Source: an uncultured Gammaproteobacteria bacterium
GTDB taxonomy: Bacteria; Pseudomonadota; Gammaproteobacteria; JACCXJ01
Assembly: GCA_963764725.1 (NCBI GenBank)
Contig: CAVXTM010000001.1
Location: 224,001-288,000, forward strand
Length of the DNA stretch: 64,000 nucleotides
Reading direction: 5' to 3'
Shown: one piece after another, positions 1 to 11,237 of the stretch
Layout of the letters: each line of letters begins with the position of its first letter
Numbering within the stretch: position 1 is the stretch's first letter
The notes under the pieces: model-generated
Told to the model about the DNA's origin: nothing
Databases searched by the model: none
The model's input: the letters and a program-made list of their open reading frames with translations, nothing else
Program-made: the position numbers and the translations under genes

Positions 1-12
1 TAAAATAAACAC

Positions 13-112
13 ATACCCCGCGGTCTTGCCGCGGATACCTTAGTAATGGGGTTTCAAAGGGGAGAAGCGCACTCCCTCCCCTTTGGTCAAGGGCGGAATT
101 CATATTCCGCCC
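13..112. repeat. Cluster of three GC-rich hairpins (REP/MITE-like or terminator)
   Basis: CCGCGG-tcttg-CCGCGG, AAAGGGGAG...CTCCCCTTT and GGGCGGAAT-tcat-ATTCCGCCC inverted repeats, just downstream of the small minus-strand ORF. Confidence 0.4.
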
Positions 113-129
113 GCGAAGTATATTGATTA

Positions 130-294
130 TCACGGCGGCGTCTGGCGCGCGGTCCGATACCCGCACCGCCGGCACTCCACTTTCTCGATGCCGGAACTGC
201 CGCCGAAGGCAAACGACACTTCAACGACTCGAAAGTCGTGGGATCCTAAAAAACAGAGGAGTCGTCCTATCTTTTTTAACCACTCGTTTATCAT
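130..294 (-). CDS. Small 54-aa putative metal-binding protein (C-x4-H ... CxxC; DUF1660-like pattern)
   Basis: Not in ORF track. Reads MINEWLKKIGRLLCFLGSHDFRVVEVSFAFGGSSGIEKVECRRCGYRTARQTPP; strong RBS AAGGAGG 7 nt before the ATG. Confidence 0.65.
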   Translation of the reverse strand: MINEWLKKIGRLLCFLGSHDFRVVEVSFAFGGSSGIEKVECRRCGYRTARQTPP

Positions 295-348
295 TTTGCC
301 GCCTCCTTCGTGAGAATCCGTAGGGTCCTCGAAGCTCGCCCGCGGGCG

Positions 349-374
349 ATAGTTGATATATCTTGATTAACTAT
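349..374. promoter_or_regulatory. AT-rich imperfect palindrome, candidate transcription-factor operator
   Basis: ATAGTTGAT-N8-ATTAACTAT between the divergent small ORF and leuS. Confidence 0.4.
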
Positions 375-527
375 AGACCATCACTGGCGCTTTGATCGCG
401 GGGAGGTCCCCGAACCCTGTCCACTGCCGGGATCGCGTTGCAGGAATGCCCGCGGCGCAACGCTCCGCCGGCTCCCCGGTTGTGGCAGGTGAGCCCGCTG
501 CGGTATTCTCTAATATAAAGACAGGCA

Positions 528-2987
528 GTGACGATGGAGGAGCAATACCAACCAGCCAGTATCGAGCCCGCGATGCAACAACGATGGGACGAGCATCGGA
601 TCTTTGCGGCCAGCGAAGAGCCGGGGCGGGAGAAATTCTACTGCCTTTCGATGTTCCCCTACCCAAGCGGGCGCCTGCATATGGGCCATGTCCGCAACTA
701 CACGATCGGCGATGTGATCGCCCGCTATCAGCGCCTGCGGGGGAAGAACGTCCTGCAGCCGATGGGTTGGGACGCCTTCGGGCTGCCGGCGGAGAATGCC
801 GCCATCGATAACCGCGTCCCCCCGGCGCGCTGGACTTATGAAAACATAGCCTATATGCGCGGCCAGCTCAAGCGATTGGGGTTTGGCTACGACTGGGCGC
901 GCGAGCTGACCACATGCCGGCCCGAGTATTACCGCTGGGAACAGTGGTTCTTTGTACAGTTATTTAAGAAAGGTCTCGTCTATAAGAAGACCTCCGTCGT
1001 CAATTGGGATCCGGTCGATCAGACAGTGCTCGCCAATGAGCAGGTCATCGATGGCAAGGGGTGGCGATCCGGGGCTCTCGTCGAGCGGCGTTTGATCCCC
1101 CAGTGGTTCTTGAAGATCACCGCTTACGCCGAGGAATTGCTCACCGGTTTGGAGGGGCTCGAGGGTTGGCCGGACGCCGTGCGCACGATGCAGCGCAATT
1201 GGATCGGACGCTCCGAAGGCGTCGAGGCCGAGTTTTCGATCCCCGCTTTTGGGGAGAGCTTGACGGTGTTCACCACGCGCCCGGACACGCTCATGGGCGT
1301 GACCTATCTCGCGGTCGCCGCCGAGCACCCCTTGGTGGCGCGCTTTGCGCAACGTGATCCCGCGTTGACTGGGTTCGTCAACGAGTGCCGCCTCATGGGT
1401 ACGAGCGAGGTGGAGCTCGAGACCATGGAGAAAAAAGGCATGCCCCTCGGGGTCGAAGCACTGCACCCTATCACCGGCGAGTCCTTGCCGGTGTGGGTCG
1501 CCAACTTCGTGTTGATGGGCTACGGCACCGGCGCAGTGATGGCAGTGCCCGCCCATGATCAGCGCGACTATGAGTTCGCGCGCCGCTTCGACCTGCCGAT
1601 TAAGCAGGTGGTGTTCCCCGGAAATGCTCTCAGCGCGGACGTATCGGAGGCCGCGTTCATCGAACCGGGGGTGCTGAGAAATTCAGGCGCGTTCGATGGT
1701 TTAAGCTCGGCCGCCGCCTTCGCGGCCATCGCCGAGCGTTTGCGGAAAAGCGGCAAAGGGCGCCGCAAAGTGAATTACCGCCTGCGTGACTGGGGCGTGT
1801 CCCGCCAGCGCTACTGGGGCTGCCCGATCCCGATGCTCAATTGCCCGCAGTGCGGCCCCGTGCCGGTCCCCGAGGAGGAGTTGCCGGTGGTACTTCCCGA
1901 AGAGGTGGAGTTTCAAGGAGTGGTGTCTCCCATCAAACGCATGCCGGAGTTTTACCAGGCGCGCTGTCCGGCCTGCGGCGTAACCGCCGAACGCGAGACC
2001 GACACCTTCGATACCTTTTTGGAATCCTCGTGGTATTACGCGCGTTACTGTTGCGCGGACAGCACCGAGCGCATGCTCGACGATCGGGTCTGCTACTGGC
2101 TGCCCGTGGATCAATACATCGGCGGCGTGGAGCATGCCGTGCTGCATTTGCTCTATGCCCGGTTTTTCCACAAGCTGATGCGCGACCTAGGAATGGCGCC
2201 GCATGCGGAGCCTTTCACGCGCCTGCTCACCCAAGGGATGGTGCTGAAGGACGGCGCCAAGATGTCGAAATCGAAGGGTAATACCGTCGATCCGCAAGCG
2301 CTCATCGATAAGTACGGGGCCGATACGGTGCGACTATTCACCATGTTTGCGGCTCCGCCGGAGCAATCCCTCGAGTGGTCGGACACTGCCGTCGAAGGTG
2401 CGTTTCGCTTCCTCAAGCGCCTCTGGCGCTTCGCGACGGAGCATCTCGCACGCGGTGCCGTGGCTGCGGTAGATAAGGCCCGGCTGACGCCGGCTCAAGC
2501 GGAATTACGCCGCCAGATCCATCAGACAATCGCCAAGGTCAATGACGATATCGGACGCCGCTATACGTTCAATACCGCGATCGCGGCGGTCATGGAGCTT
2601 ACGAATGCCTTAACGGGTTTCAAGGATAATTCCGAGCAGGGGCACGCGCTGCTGCGCGAAGGTCTCGAGACCATCGCGATAGTGCTTTCCCCGATTGTGC
2701 CCCACATCACCGAGGCGCTCTGGGCCGCCCTCGGCCATGCGGATCTGGTCGCCAACGCACGCTGGCCCACGGTCGATGAGGCCGCTCTGGTGCGCTCCGA
2801 GATCACGTTGGTGGTGCAGATCGACGGTAAGAAGCGGGCCGATCTCACGCTCGCACCGGGGACACCGGAGGCGGCGGTCAAGGAGATCGCGCTCGCCGAT
2901 CCCAAAGTCCGGCGCTACCTCGAGGGTCACGAGATCAAGAAGCTCGTAGTGGTGCCCGGGCGCCTCGTGAACATCGTGACCGTATGA
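528..2987 (+). CDS. leuS: Leucine--tRNA ligase
   Basis: [13 protein letters not shown] (HIGH) and KMSKS motifs, editing domain ([17 protein letters not shown]), 819 aa; start may be ATG 534. Confidence 0.99.
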   Translation: MTMEEQYQPASIEPAMQQRWDEHRIFAASEEPGREKFYCLSMFPYPSGRLHMGHVRNYTIGDVIARYQRLRGKNVLQPMGWDAFGLPAENAAIDNRVPPARWTYENIAYMRGQLKRLGFGYDWARELTTCRPEYYRWEQWFFVQLFKKGLVYKKTSVVNWDPVDQTVLANEQVIDGKGWRSGALVERRLIPQWFLKITAYAEELLTGLEGLEGWPDAVRTMQRNWIGRSEGVEAEFSIPAFGESLTVFTTRPDTLMGVTYLAVAAEHPLVARFAQRDPALTGFVNECRLMGTSEVELETMEKKGMPLGVEALHPITGESLPVWVANFVLMGYGTGAVMAVPAHDQRDYEFARRFDLPIKQVVFPGNALSADVSEAAFIEPGVLRNSGAFDGLSSAAAFAAIAERLRKSGKGRRKVNYRLRDWGVSRQRYWGCPIPMLNCPQCGPVPVPEEELPVVLPEEVEFQGVVSPIKRMPEFYQARCPACGVTAERETDTFDTFLESSWYYARYCCADSTERMLDDRVCYWLPVDQYIGGVEHAVLHLLYARFFHKLMRDLGMAPHAEPFTRLLTQGMVLKDGAKMSKSKGNTVDPQALIDKYGADTVRLFTMFAAPPEQSLEWSDTAVEGAFRFLKRLWRFATEHLARGAVAAVDKARLTPAQAELRRQIHQTIAKVNDDIGRRYTFNTAIAAVMELTNALTGFKDNSEQGHALLREGLETIAIVLSPIVPHITEALWAALGHADLVANARWPTVDEAALVRSEITLVVQIDGKKRADLTLAPGTPEAAVKEIALADPKVRRYLEGHEIKKLVVVPGRLVNIVTV

Positions 2988-3475
2988 TGAAGTCAATGGC
3001 CGTCCTAGCGATCATCCTGTGTGGGAATGGATGCGGATTTCACCTGCGCGGATCGAGCCCGGTGGCGCTTCGATTCTCGGGCGTGTTTCTCGAGTCGCCC
3101 GGCGCTCAGCAAGTGGCGGCACAATTGCGGCGGCAATTGCAGTATAACGGCGTCGCGCTCATGGGCAAGCCGGCCCTGGCCGAAGCCGTGGTCACGCTAA
3201 GTGACGAGCGCTTCGAGCAGCGCGTGCTTTCGGTCGATCCGCGCACCGGCAAGGTGCGCGAGTACTTGCTTGCCTATCGCGTCGATTTGATGGTGGCCGA
3301 CGCCAAGGGGCATTCCTTGCTCCCCGCGCAAAGCATCGACCTGGTGCGCGATTTCACCTTCGATGAGACCGCGGCGCTTGCCAAATCCGAAGAAGCGCAG
3401 CTCTTGCGGCAAGAAATGATTCAAGACGCGGCCGCGACAGTGCTTAGAAGACTCGAAACCATTAAGGCGAAGTAA
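2984..3475 (+). CDS. lptE: LPS assembly lipoprotein LptE
   Basis: Lipobox-like GCGFHLRG; conserved leuS-lptE-holA synteny. Confidence 0.93.
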   Translation: MMKSMAVLAIILCGNGCGFHLRGSSPVALRFSGVFLESPGAQQVAAQLRRQLQYNGVALMGKPALAEAVVTLSDERFEQRVLSVDPRTGKVREYLLAYRVDLMVADAKGHSLLPAQSIDLVRDFTFDETAALAKSEEAQLLRQEMIQDAAATVLRRLETIKAK

Positions 3476-3476
3476 C

Positions 3477-4550
3477 GTGACGGCAGCCCGCCCGCGGCCG
3501 CGGGCAAAGCTCAAACCCGGCCAGCTTGGGGCGCGCATCGAACGCGAGGGGCTCGAACGGCTCTACCTCATCGCGGGCGATGAGCCCTACCAGTGTCTCG
3601 ATGCGATGGACCAGATCCGATCCCAGGCGCGTGCGCTCGGCGTCACGGAGCGCGTGGTGCTCGAAGCGCAAGCGGGATTCGACTGGCAACGCCTGCGCTA
3701 CGAGGCGAATCAACTGAGCCTGTTCGGCGATCGCCGGCTCATAGAGCTCACGCTGGTGCACGTTCCCCCGAACAACGAGGGCGCACAAGCCATCATCGCC
3801 TATACCCAAGGTACGTCAGCGGACACCGTGGTGGCGATCCGCGCGCCCGTCATCGATTACAGAGCGAAGCAAGGCGCATGGTACCAAGCCATCGAAGCCG
3901 CGGGCGTGGTTGTCGAGGTCCCGCCGGTGCCGCCCGAGGCGATGCCGGACTGGATCTTGCGGCTCGGCGAACGGCGCGGTCTCCTCTTGGATCAGGAGGC
4001 GGCAATGTTCATTGCCGAGCGGGTCGAGAATAACCTGCCCGCGGCAAGTCAGGAGCTTGAGAAGCTCCGGCTTTCCTTGCCGGGCGGCAAGGCGGGTCTT
4101 AAGGACGTCGTCGCGGTGGTTACGGACAGCAGCCGTTATGACGTGTTCGCCCTGGTCAATTGCGTGTTGAAAGGGCGCCTGGCACGATCCTTGTCCGTGC
4201 TCGCGGGACTCCGCGCCGAGGGTACCGAAGCCGCACTCGTGACCTGGTCTCTGGTGCGTGAGCTGCGGATCCTATGCCGCTTGGCTTATAACCAGGCACG
4301 CAAGCTTCCTCTGGAGACCTTGTTCGAGGAATTCCGCGTCGGGGATCGGCGTAAAGCGGCCCTGAAACCGGCGATGCGGCGCCACACCGTCGCCAGCTTG
4401 CGGGAGTTGCTGCTGGCCGCCCATCAAGTAGAACGAGCCATCAAAGGCGCAGGCCCAGGAGATCCGTGGCTCATGCTGGCGGAGGTCGCGATCGGCCTCG
4501 CCACAAACAATGCCTCGCAACGAAAGCGGGATTACAATGAAAACGAGTGA
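3477..4550 (+). CDS. holA: DNA polymerase III subunit delta
   Basis: [36 protein letters not shown]; synteny. Confidence 0.95.
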   Translation: MTAARPRPRAKLKPGQLGARIEREGLERLYLIAGDEPYQCLDAMDQIRSQARALGVTERVVLEAQAGFDWQRLRYEANQLSLFGDRRLIELTLVHVPPNNEGAQAIIAYTQGTSADTVVAIRAPVIDYRAKQGAWYQAIEAAGVVVEVPPVPPEAMPDWILRLGERRGLLLDQEAAMFIAERVENNLPAASQELEKLRLSLPGGKAGLKDVVAVVTDSSRYDVFALVNCVLKGRLARSLSVLAGLRAEGTEAALVTWSLVRELRILCRLAYNQARKLPLETLFEEFRVGDRRKAALKPAMRRHTVASLRELLLAAHQVERAIKGAGPGDPWLMLAEVAIGLATNNASQRKRDYNENE

Positions 4551-5296
4551 CCTAAATAGACCCGGCGTACGGTGTCGTTGGCGAGAATGGTCTCCGGCGC
4601 GCCCTCCGCGATGATGGTGCCTTCATTTACGATATAAGCCCGATCGCAAATTCCCAGGGTCTCGCGTACGTTATGGTCGGTAATCAAGATCCCGATCCCG
4701 CGCGCCGCAAGCTGTTTGATGACCTTCTGAAGATCGAGCACCGAAAGCGGATCGACGCCGGCGAAGGGTTCATCCAGCATAATGAACTCGGGCTCCGTCG
4801 CCAGTGTCCGCGCGATCTCTGTGCGCCGCCGCTCGCCTCCTGACAGGGTTTCGCCCACACGATCGCACACGTGGTGAAGATGGAACTCTTGCAGCAGGTC
4901 CGTCAGCCGGCGTTCGCGCTCAACCGCATCGATGACCGATCGTATCTCCAGTACTGCCAGGACGTTTTCCCGTACCGTGAGTTTTCTGAAGATGGAAGAC
5001 TCCTGCGGGAGATAGCCCAGCCCTAAACGCGCGCGCTGGTCCATCGGCAAGGCGGTGATGTCGCGGTGGTTGAGAAACACGGCGCCGGCGTCATTCGGCA
5101 CGAGACCCACGATCATGTTGAAGCTCGTGGTCTTGCCCGCGCCATTCGGACCAAGCAAACCGACGACTTCCCCGCTTTTAACGTTTAGGCTGACGTCCTT
5201 GACGACCTGCCGCGACTGATAGGTTTTGGAAAGGTGCCGGGCGCTGATGACGTGGGTCGATTTTTCGCCGGGCTTATTCTTTTGGTCCAGGTCCAC
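4532..5296 (-). CDS. lptB: LPS export ABC transporter ATP-binding protein
   Basis: [50 protein letters not shown]; start uncertain (GTG 5296 chosen, ORF open to 5434). Confidence 0.95.
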   Translation of the reverse strand: MDLDQKNKPGEKSTHVISARHLSKTYQSRQVVKDVSLNVKSGEVVGLLGPNGAGKTTSFNMIVGLVPNDAGAVFLNHRDITALPMDQRARLGLGYLPQESSIFRKLTVRENVLAVLEIRSVIDAVERERRLTDLLQEFHLHHVCDRVGETLSGGERRRTEIARTLATEPEFIMLDEPFAGVDPLSVLDLQKVIKQLAARGIGILITDHNVRETLGICDRAYIVNEGTIIAEGAPETILANDTVRRVYLGHSFSL

Positions 5297-5861
5297 TAGC
5301 GCGGGAGGCGCGATCGGTTCCGTTCGGCTCCGTTTTCTTGGCCGGAGGAATGATGATCCGTACCCGGTCATCGTCCGTGGCCCCGTCGCCGTTGGATAGC
5401 TCGCCGGGGCGCGCCTTTCTTGCTTTAAGGACATTGCGGGCGGTATCGTAGGTCATGTGGTGGCCGGTGTAAATCTGCCCCCGCTGCACGATCTTGACCT
5501 TGTTGCTCATATGGATCAGTTGCTCTTGGGTCTGATACCTCATGTTGAGAGCCACGCCCTCGATATCCTCCTCCTCGTTATCGGGACGTTGCCGGTAGGT
5601 CGCGGGTGCGCCTTCCAAAAGCGCTTCTTTTAGCTGTTGGTCAGCCGCGTATTTCAAGGTGAGGGTGTGGCCGGTGAAGCGCGTGCTCCCTTGGATGACG
5701 ATGACGTTCCCGCGGTAGATCGCAACCCCTATCTTATCATCGATTTCGACAAAGTCCGCCGTGACTTCAATCGGTTGATCGCGATCCGTAGACAACGCGG
5801 CGGCGGCCATGACAAAGAATAAACCTGCCAGCAACACGCTGGAGTTAACGCTTTTCGTCAT
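5274..5861 (-). CDS. lptA: LPS transport periplasmic protein LptA
   Basis: Signal peptide, [32 protein letters not shown]; position between lptC and lptB. Confidence 0.93.
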   Translation of the reverse strand: MTKSVNSSVLLAGLFFVMAAAALSTDRDQPIEVTADFVEIDDKIGVAIYRGNVIVIQGSTRFTGHTLTLKYAADQQLKEALLEGAPATYRQRPDNEEEDIEGVALNMRYQTQEQLIHMSNKVKIVQRGQIYTGHHMTYDTARNVLKARKARPGELSNGDGATDDDRVRIIIPPAKKTEPNGTDRASRASGPGPKE

Positions 5862-6429
5862 AATGAGTCCGCACGTTTTTCAACAGTTCGACCAGGCCAA
5901 ACGCGAGCCGCGCACGCATCCCGATCCCGTTCGTGACGGAGGTGGGCGTGATGATCGTGGCGGCGCTATCGGTTTCCGCATAGCGCTTTTCGGGCAGTAT
6001 CCTGAGATCGGGCGCTTGCACCTCGATCTCGCGCACACCCTTGGAGTTTTTGCGCCACACGCTCACGTTTCCGTGCAGCAAGACGACATCGTTGCCGGCC
6101 CCGATCCATCCCGAGTCGGCACGGGCGAACCACGGCGCCTTCCGATTATCGCTATACAGCTCGAAGGTGGGGTGCAGGAGTTGGGTGGTGTCATCCCTGA
6201 AGTGGAACATGCGCTTGGCGCGGAGCCGGCTTTCGAGCCTTCCGCGCTCGTCCATGGCGGTGCGGACGAAGTTCTCCATGTAAGAATCCGGTTCATCCAG
6301 GCCGACCGCCTCGCGGGTGATATTTTGCCCTTCCAGGCGTTCCAGGATCCAAGCGGTGGTGCCGGCACAAACGCTGAATGCGATCACCCCCGGCCAGTGT
6401 TTTAGCTTGCGGAAGCTTAGAACTGTCAC
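5845..6429 (-). CDS. lptC: LPS export ABC transporter periplasmic protein LptC
   Basis: N-terminal TM, PDSYMENF, beta-jellyroll-like C-terminus ([11 protein letters not shown]); synteny. Confidence 0.9.
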   Translation of the reverse strand: MTVLSFRKLKHWPGVIAFSVCAGTTAWILERLEGQNITREAVGLDEPDSYMENFVRTAMDERGRLESRLRAKRMFHFRDDTTQLLHPTFELYSDNRKAPWFARADSGWIGAGNDVVLLHGNVSVWRKNSKGVREIEVQAPDLRILPEKRYAETDSAATIITPTSVTNGIGMRARLAFGLVELLKNVRTHYDEKR

Positions 6430-6442
6430 AGAAGCTGTTCGT

Positions 6443-6590
6443 TAGGGAAGCTCTGCAAAAGTGACTGCGCAGCCAATCTGCTTTGTCGCGTGCTCGCGCG
6501 TCACTCGCCTATCTACCTGATATGTCTCGCGACTCGCTCCGCGGCTTCGCGCATCTGGGCTTGCTCGCGACACTTTGCAGAGCTTCCCTA
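6443..6590. mobile_element. MITE copy 1 (148 bp, 17-bp terminal inverted repeat)
   Basis: TAGGGAAGCTCTGCAAA ... TTTGCAGAGCTTCCCTA; right end overlaps the kdsC TAG stop; homologous to 50469-50612 and 57130-57221. Confidence 0.85.
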
Positions 6591-7133
6591 GCTCAAGTAC
6601 CGGTCGTAAAGGTTTGTGAGCAAGCCTTGCGCGTCCAGGAGCAGCTCGCACAATTCGCGCACGGCGCCGCGTCCGCCCGGTTGCCGTGTCCGCCAATGCG
6701 CATGCTGACACACTAAATGATGCGCATCGGCCACGGCAACCGCAAGTCCGGCGCGGATCATGACCGGCAAATCCGGCAAATCGTCTCCCATGAACGCCGC
6801 CTGCTCGGCGCTCAAGCCGAGCTCGCGGAGCAGGGCATTGAAGATCGATAGCTTGTCTGAGGCCCCCTGGTAGACGTACCGTATGCCGAGTTCCGTCATG
6901 CGCTCTTCGACCGCCGCCGAAGAGCGTCCCGATATCACGGCGATGTGTAAGCCGGCTTCGCGCAGCATGGTCAGCCCCTGCCCATCGTGGGTGTGAAACA
7001 GCTTAAACTGCTCGCCCCGCTCGCCTAGAATCAGGCTGCCGTCGGTCAGCACCCCATCCACATCGAATGCGGCGAGGCGGATCTTCACGGCCCTGGTCTT
7101 GACCCGATGCAACGGTTCTGCGATGTCCACCAT
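6588..7133 (-). CDS. kdsC: KDO 8-phosphate phosphatase
   Basis: HAD motif FDVDGVLTDG, GDDLPD, GGRGAVRELCE. Confidence 0.96.
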   Translation of the reverse strand: MVDIAEPLHRVKTRAVKIRLAAFDVDGVLTDGSLILGERGEQFKLFHTHDGQGLTMLREAGLHIAVISGRSSAAVEERMTELGIRYVYQGASDKLSIFNALLRELGLSAEQAAFMGDDLPDLPVMIRAGLAVAVADAHHLVCQHAHWRTRQPGGRGAVRELCELLLDAQGLLTNLYDRYLS

Positions 7134-7143
7134 GACGGGAACG

Positions 7144-8142
7144 TTAAAGGACCCCCGCGCGCAGTAAATCGTGCATGTTCAGCACGCCGCGCAGATTGCT
7201 CGTTTCGTCGGCGACTAACAACGCATTGATCTTGTGCCGTTGCATCAGGTTGAGCGCTTCGGCCGCGAGGCAGTCTTGACCGACGGTGACGCATGCGGGC
7301 GTCATGACGCTCCGCATGCGTGCTCGATGGACATCGACGCCGCGGTCCAGGGCGCGGCGCAGGTCGCCGTCCGTGAAGATACCGGCGATGCGCAGCCCGT
7401 CCTCGACGATCGCCGTCATACCCAGGCCTTTCCGCGACATTTCCACCAGCGCATCCCGCAACAGCGCCTCGGTGGTGACCACCGGGATCTCGTCCCCGGT
7501 ATGCATGAGATCGGAAATTCGCAGCAGCAGCCGCCGCCCCAGTACTCCGCCCGGATGCGTCTGCGCGAAGTCCGCGGCGTTGAATCCGCGCGCCTCGAGG
7601 AGGGCGATCGCCAGCGCGTCTCCCATGGCCAGGGCCGCGGTCGTGCTCGAAGTCGGCGCCAAGCCCAAAGGACAAGCTTCTTGCGCCACGCTGACATCCA
7701 AGTTGACGGAGGCGGCGCGTGCGAGGGTCGATTCGGGCTTGCCGGTGAGCGCGATGAGCGGGATTCCTAGGCGCTTAATGAGCGGCAGCAAAACTATAAG
7801 TTCCACGGTTTCCCCGGAGTTGGACAGAGCGAGCACCGCATCCTTGGTGGTGATCATGCCCATATCGCCGTGGCTGGCCTCGCCGGGGTGGACAAAGAAC
7901 GCCGGGGTGCCCGTGCTGGCCAAGGTAGCCGCGATCTTGCCGCCGATATGGCCGGACTTACCCATGCCCAATACCACGATTCTGCCCTCGCAACTCAAAA
8001 GATAACGGCAGGCGCTGACGAACTCCGGGCCGATGCGCGCGCCGAGAGCGGCCACGGCTTGCGCCTCATTGTCGATAACGGAACGTCCCAAGGCTTGCAG
8101 CCGTTCGCCGGCAACGCGCTCGTCGTGAGGATGGTCACGCAT
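7144..8142 (-). CDS. kdsD: Arabinose 5-phosphate isomerase (SIS + CBS domains)
   Basis: GMGKSGHIG, HPGEASHGDMG, APTSSTTA, HPGG, CBS pair. Confidence 0.96.
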   Translation of the reverse strand: MRDHPHDERVAGERLQALGRSVIDNEAQAVAALGARIGPEFVSACRYLLSCEGRIVVLGMGKSGHIGGKIAATLASTGTPAFFVHPGEASHGDMGMITTKDAVLALSNSGETVELIVLLPLIKRLGIPLIALTGKPESTLARAASVNLDVSVAQEACPLGLAPTSSTTAALAMGDALAIALLEARGFNAADFAQTHPGGVLGRRLLLRISDLMHTGDEIPVVTTEALLRDALVEMSRKGLGMTAIVEDGLRIAGIFTDGDLRRALDRGVDVHRARMRSVMTPACVTVGQDCLAAEALNLMQRHKINALLVADETSNLRGVLNMHDLLRAGVL

Positions 8143-8298
8143 GCGTGAAAAAAATCCGGCACGCTGGTAGCGTTTCAAGGGGCAGAAACCCGTATATCAC
8201 TTTCAAGTACCCCGAACTTTGAGATGAAATTCTATGGTAAGTGCGTGGGATTTGCATGTGAGCTACATTACGACCACGTGAAAAGGAACCTGATCCCG

Positions 8299-9291
8299 AT
8301 GCGTCACGATGATCTCAAGCTCTGGGTAACCCGGATCCTCAAGACGGGTGATTTCCAGCTCAGCGCGGCCTCGAGCGACGCCAGCTTTCGGCGTTACTGG
8401 CGGATCCAGCATCGGGATCGTTCCTATATCGTGATGGATGCGCCGCCCGAGCGGGAGAATTGCGACGCTTTCATAGACATCGCCAAACGTCTGGGGGAGG
8501 CGGGTTTGAATGCCCCCAAGGTATTAGCAGGCGATCTTGCGCATGGGTTTTTGCTTTTGACGGATCTCGGAACCAAGCTCTACCTGGACGAGTTACGACC
8601 CGAAAACGCCGGACAGCTTTATCGTAACGCCCTGAACACTGTCGTCGCGATGCAGGTGCGCGCCGACGGCCGGGGACTTCCTCCTTACGATCGCGATCTG
8701 CTGATGCGGGAGACGGACCTGTTTAGGAGGTGGCTGCTAGCGAAGGAGCTCGATCTGCGCTTATCGGCCGACCAAAACGCGTCGCTAGACGCGAGCTTTG
8801 CATTCTTGGCAGAATCGGCCTTGTCGCAACCCCGGGTCTTCGTACACCGCGATTTTCATTCCCGAAACCTATTGGTCGGCGCGAGCAATGATCCCGGGAT
8901 CCTCGATTTCCAGGACGCGGTGATCGGCCCTGTCACTTATGACGTTGTTTCTTTACTTCGGGATTGCTACGTTCGCTGGCCGCGGAAGCAGGTCGAGGTC
9001 TGGGCCTGGGAGTATTACCGGCGGGCGCTCGAGCATGGCATTTTAAGTGGTGTGAGCCTCACGGCGTTTTACCGCTGGTTCGATCTGATGGGCGTGCATC
9101 GGCATCTCAAGGCCAGCGGAATATTCGCGCGTTTATGGCATCGCGACGCTAAGCGCGGCTACCTCAATGATATTCCTAGAACACTCGCGCACATTGCCGA
9201 TGTGAGCGTGCGCTACCCGGAATTGGAATCGCTGCATGTCCTACTGGTCAAAGAAGTCATACCTGCAATTAACGAACGGTACGCGCGATGA
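8299..9291 (+). CDS. amgK: N-acetylmuramate/N-acetylglucosamine kinase
   Basis: SSDASFRRYWR, VHRDFHSRNL, LDFQDA; adjacent to murU. Confidence 0.9.
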   Translation: MRHDDLKLWVTRILKTGDFQLSAASSDASFRRYWRIQHRDRSYIVMDAPPERENCDAFIDIAKRLGEAGLNAPKVLAGDLAHGFLLLTDLGTKLYLDELRPENAGQLYRNALNTVVAMQVRADGRGLPPYDRDLLMRETDLFRRWLLAKELDLRLSADQNASLDASFAFLAESALSQPRVFVHRDFHSRNLLVGASNDPGILDFQDAVIGPVTYDVVSLLRDCYVRWPRKQVEVWAWEYYRRALEHGILSGVSLTAFYRWFDLMGVHRHLKASGIFARLWHRDAKRGYLNDIPRTLAHIADVSVRYPELESLHVLLVKEVIPAINERYAR

Positions 9292-9956
9292 AGGCGATGA
9301 TCTTGGCCGCGGGTAAGGGGGAACGCATGCGCCCCTTGACCGATCGTCTGCCCAAGGCGCTGCTGCAAGTCGCGGGCAAAAGCCTGATCCAATATCAAGT
9401 CGAGCGCTTGGTGCGCTCGGGGATCACGGATATTACCGTCAATCACGCGCTGCACGGCGATCTCATCGAGCAAACGCTGGGTACCGGCGCAGCCTTGGGC
9501 GCCTCGCTGCGCTATTCGCGCGAGGGGATCGAAGCGCTCGAAACCGGCGGGGGTATTTTAAGGGCACTGCCGTTCCTGGGACCGGGGCCGTTTATCGTCG
9601 TCAACGCGGACATCTGGACCGACTACCCCTACCAAAAATTATCGGGCCAGCCGCAGCGGCTGGCGCATGTAGTGCTGGTGGATAATCCGCCGCACCATCC
9701 CGCGGGGGACTTCGCGCTCACCGGGCATGGCGTGACATTGTCCGGGGATCGCCGACTAACCTTCGGCGGGATCGGCGCCTATCGGCCGGAGCTGTTTGAC
9801 GATTGCCTGCCGGGCACGTTTCGGCTCTCCGCGGTGCTGCGCATTGCGGTATCCCATGGCTTGGTGACCGGGGAGCGCTACGCGGGAGCCTGGGTGGACG
9901 TCGGCACGCCCGAGCGATTGTTGACGGTAGAGAACCTCGTTCAATCGCGACGCTGA
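9288..9956 (+). CDS. murU: MurNAc-1-phosphate uridylyltransferase
   Basis: MKAMILAAGKGERMRPLT, LETGGGI, WVDVGTPERL. Confidence 0.92.
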   Translation: MKAMILAAGKGERMRPLTDRLPKALLQVAGKSLIQYQVERLVRSGITDITVNHALHGDLIEQTLGTGAALGASLRYSREGIEALETGGGILRALPFLGPGPFIVVNADIWTDYPYQKLSGQPQRLAHVVLVDNPPHHPAGDFALTGHGVTLSGDRRLTFGGIGAYRPELFDDCLPGTFRLSAVLRIAVSHGLVTGERYAGAWVDVGTPERLLTVENLVQSRR

Positions 9957-10040
9957 CCCCGAAGCGATGCAACATGGTACCTGCATTGCTTCCTACAACC
10001 AGATCCTTTTGTGCCCTAGCGCGCCTTTTCGGTTGTTGCA

Positions 10041-11174
10041 ATGGCTTCGACAAATAACGATCTCGCCTTGGTGCTAAGCGGCGGCGGCGCCCGCGGCGCC
10101 TACCAGGTGGGATTCGTGCAATCATTGGCTCGCCGGCATCCGGAACTGGAGATCCCCATCATCACCGGTGTGTCGGCCGGGGCCATCAATGCCGCCTATC
10201 TCGCGAGCCAGCCAATGGGCTTTCTTGAACGGGCGGAGACGCTCGCGGGGCTTTGGTCGAGCTTGACCACCGATCAAATATTTCGCGTTGATCTGCTATC
10301 GCTCGCGGGCAACGTCGCGCGTTGGAGCGCCCGGTTGCTCTTAGGGCGGTCTTCAAACCGCGGGAGCGCGCGCAGCATGGTGGACACGGCACCTCTTTGC
10401 GCCATGTTGGAACGGCTGCTGCAGCCCGCGCACCGTTATCTGCCCGGTATCGGGCACAACCTCGCCCGGGGACGCTTGAAGGCCGTGGCTATCACCGCCT
10501 CGAGCTATTCCACCGGCCAGTCCGTGACGTGGGTACAAGGCACCGAACCGGTCCATTCTGAACGCGGTCACCGGAAACTGGTGCGCTGCAAGATCCGGCT
10601 CGATCATATTTTGGCGTCGGCGGCCTTGCCCCTGCTCTTTCCCGCCGTACGCATCAACCGCCGCTGGTTCGGCGATGGCGGGATCCGGATGGCTGCCCCC
10701 CTAGCGCCTGCGGTACATCTCGGCGCCGAGCGCATCCTGGCGGTCTCGACGCGCTTCGTTAACGGCCGTGATGCTATCCCCCAGGTCGATTCCTATCCCC
10801 CTCCGGCTCAGGTCGTCGGCGCATTGTTCAACGCTATCTTTTTGGATGTTTTCGATCACGATGCGGTGCGGCTCCAGCACGTCAACGACCTGATCGGCAA
10901 AATCCCGCTGCAGGAGCGCGGGGATCTCCGTCCGATCAAGCTGCTCCTGCTCCGGCCTTCGCGCGACCTCGGCAAGCTTGCAAGCGAGTACGAGGCCGCC
11001 CTCCCGCACGCGTTTCGGTTCATGACCCGGGGGCTCGGCACGCAGGAGACCCGATCCAATGACATCTTGAGCTTGCTCATGTTTCAGCCCGACTATCTCG
11101 CGCACCTCATCAAAATTGGATATGAGGATGCCGAGGCACGGCGCGGCGAAATCGACGCCTTCCTGGAATCATAG
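10041..11174 (+). CDS. Patatin-like phospholipase
   Basis: GGGARG, GVSAG nucleophile, DGG motif. Confidence 0.9.
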   Translation: MASTNNDLALVLSGGGARGAYQVGFVQSLARRHPELEIPIITGVSAGAINAAYLASQPMGFLERAETLAGLWSSLTTDQIFRVDLLSLAGNVARWSARLLLGRSSNRGSARSMVDTAPLCAMLERLLQPAHRYLPGIGHNLARGRLKAVAITASSYSTGQSVTWVQGTEPVHSERGHRKLVRCKIRLDHILASAALPLLFPAVRINRRWFGDGGIRMAAPLAPAVHLGAERILAVSTRFVNGRDAIPQVDSYPPPAQVVGALFNAIFLDVFDHDAVRLQHVNDLIGKIPLQERGDLRPIKLLLLRPSRDLGKLASEYEAALPHAFRFMTRGLGTQETRSNDILSLLMFQPDYLAHLIKIGYEDAEARRGEIDAFLES

Positions 11175-11237
11175 CTGCCTTCCTGTCGGACGCTCCGGTA
11201 ATCCGGTGCCGTCGTGCTTCGGGTATAATGCCCGCCC

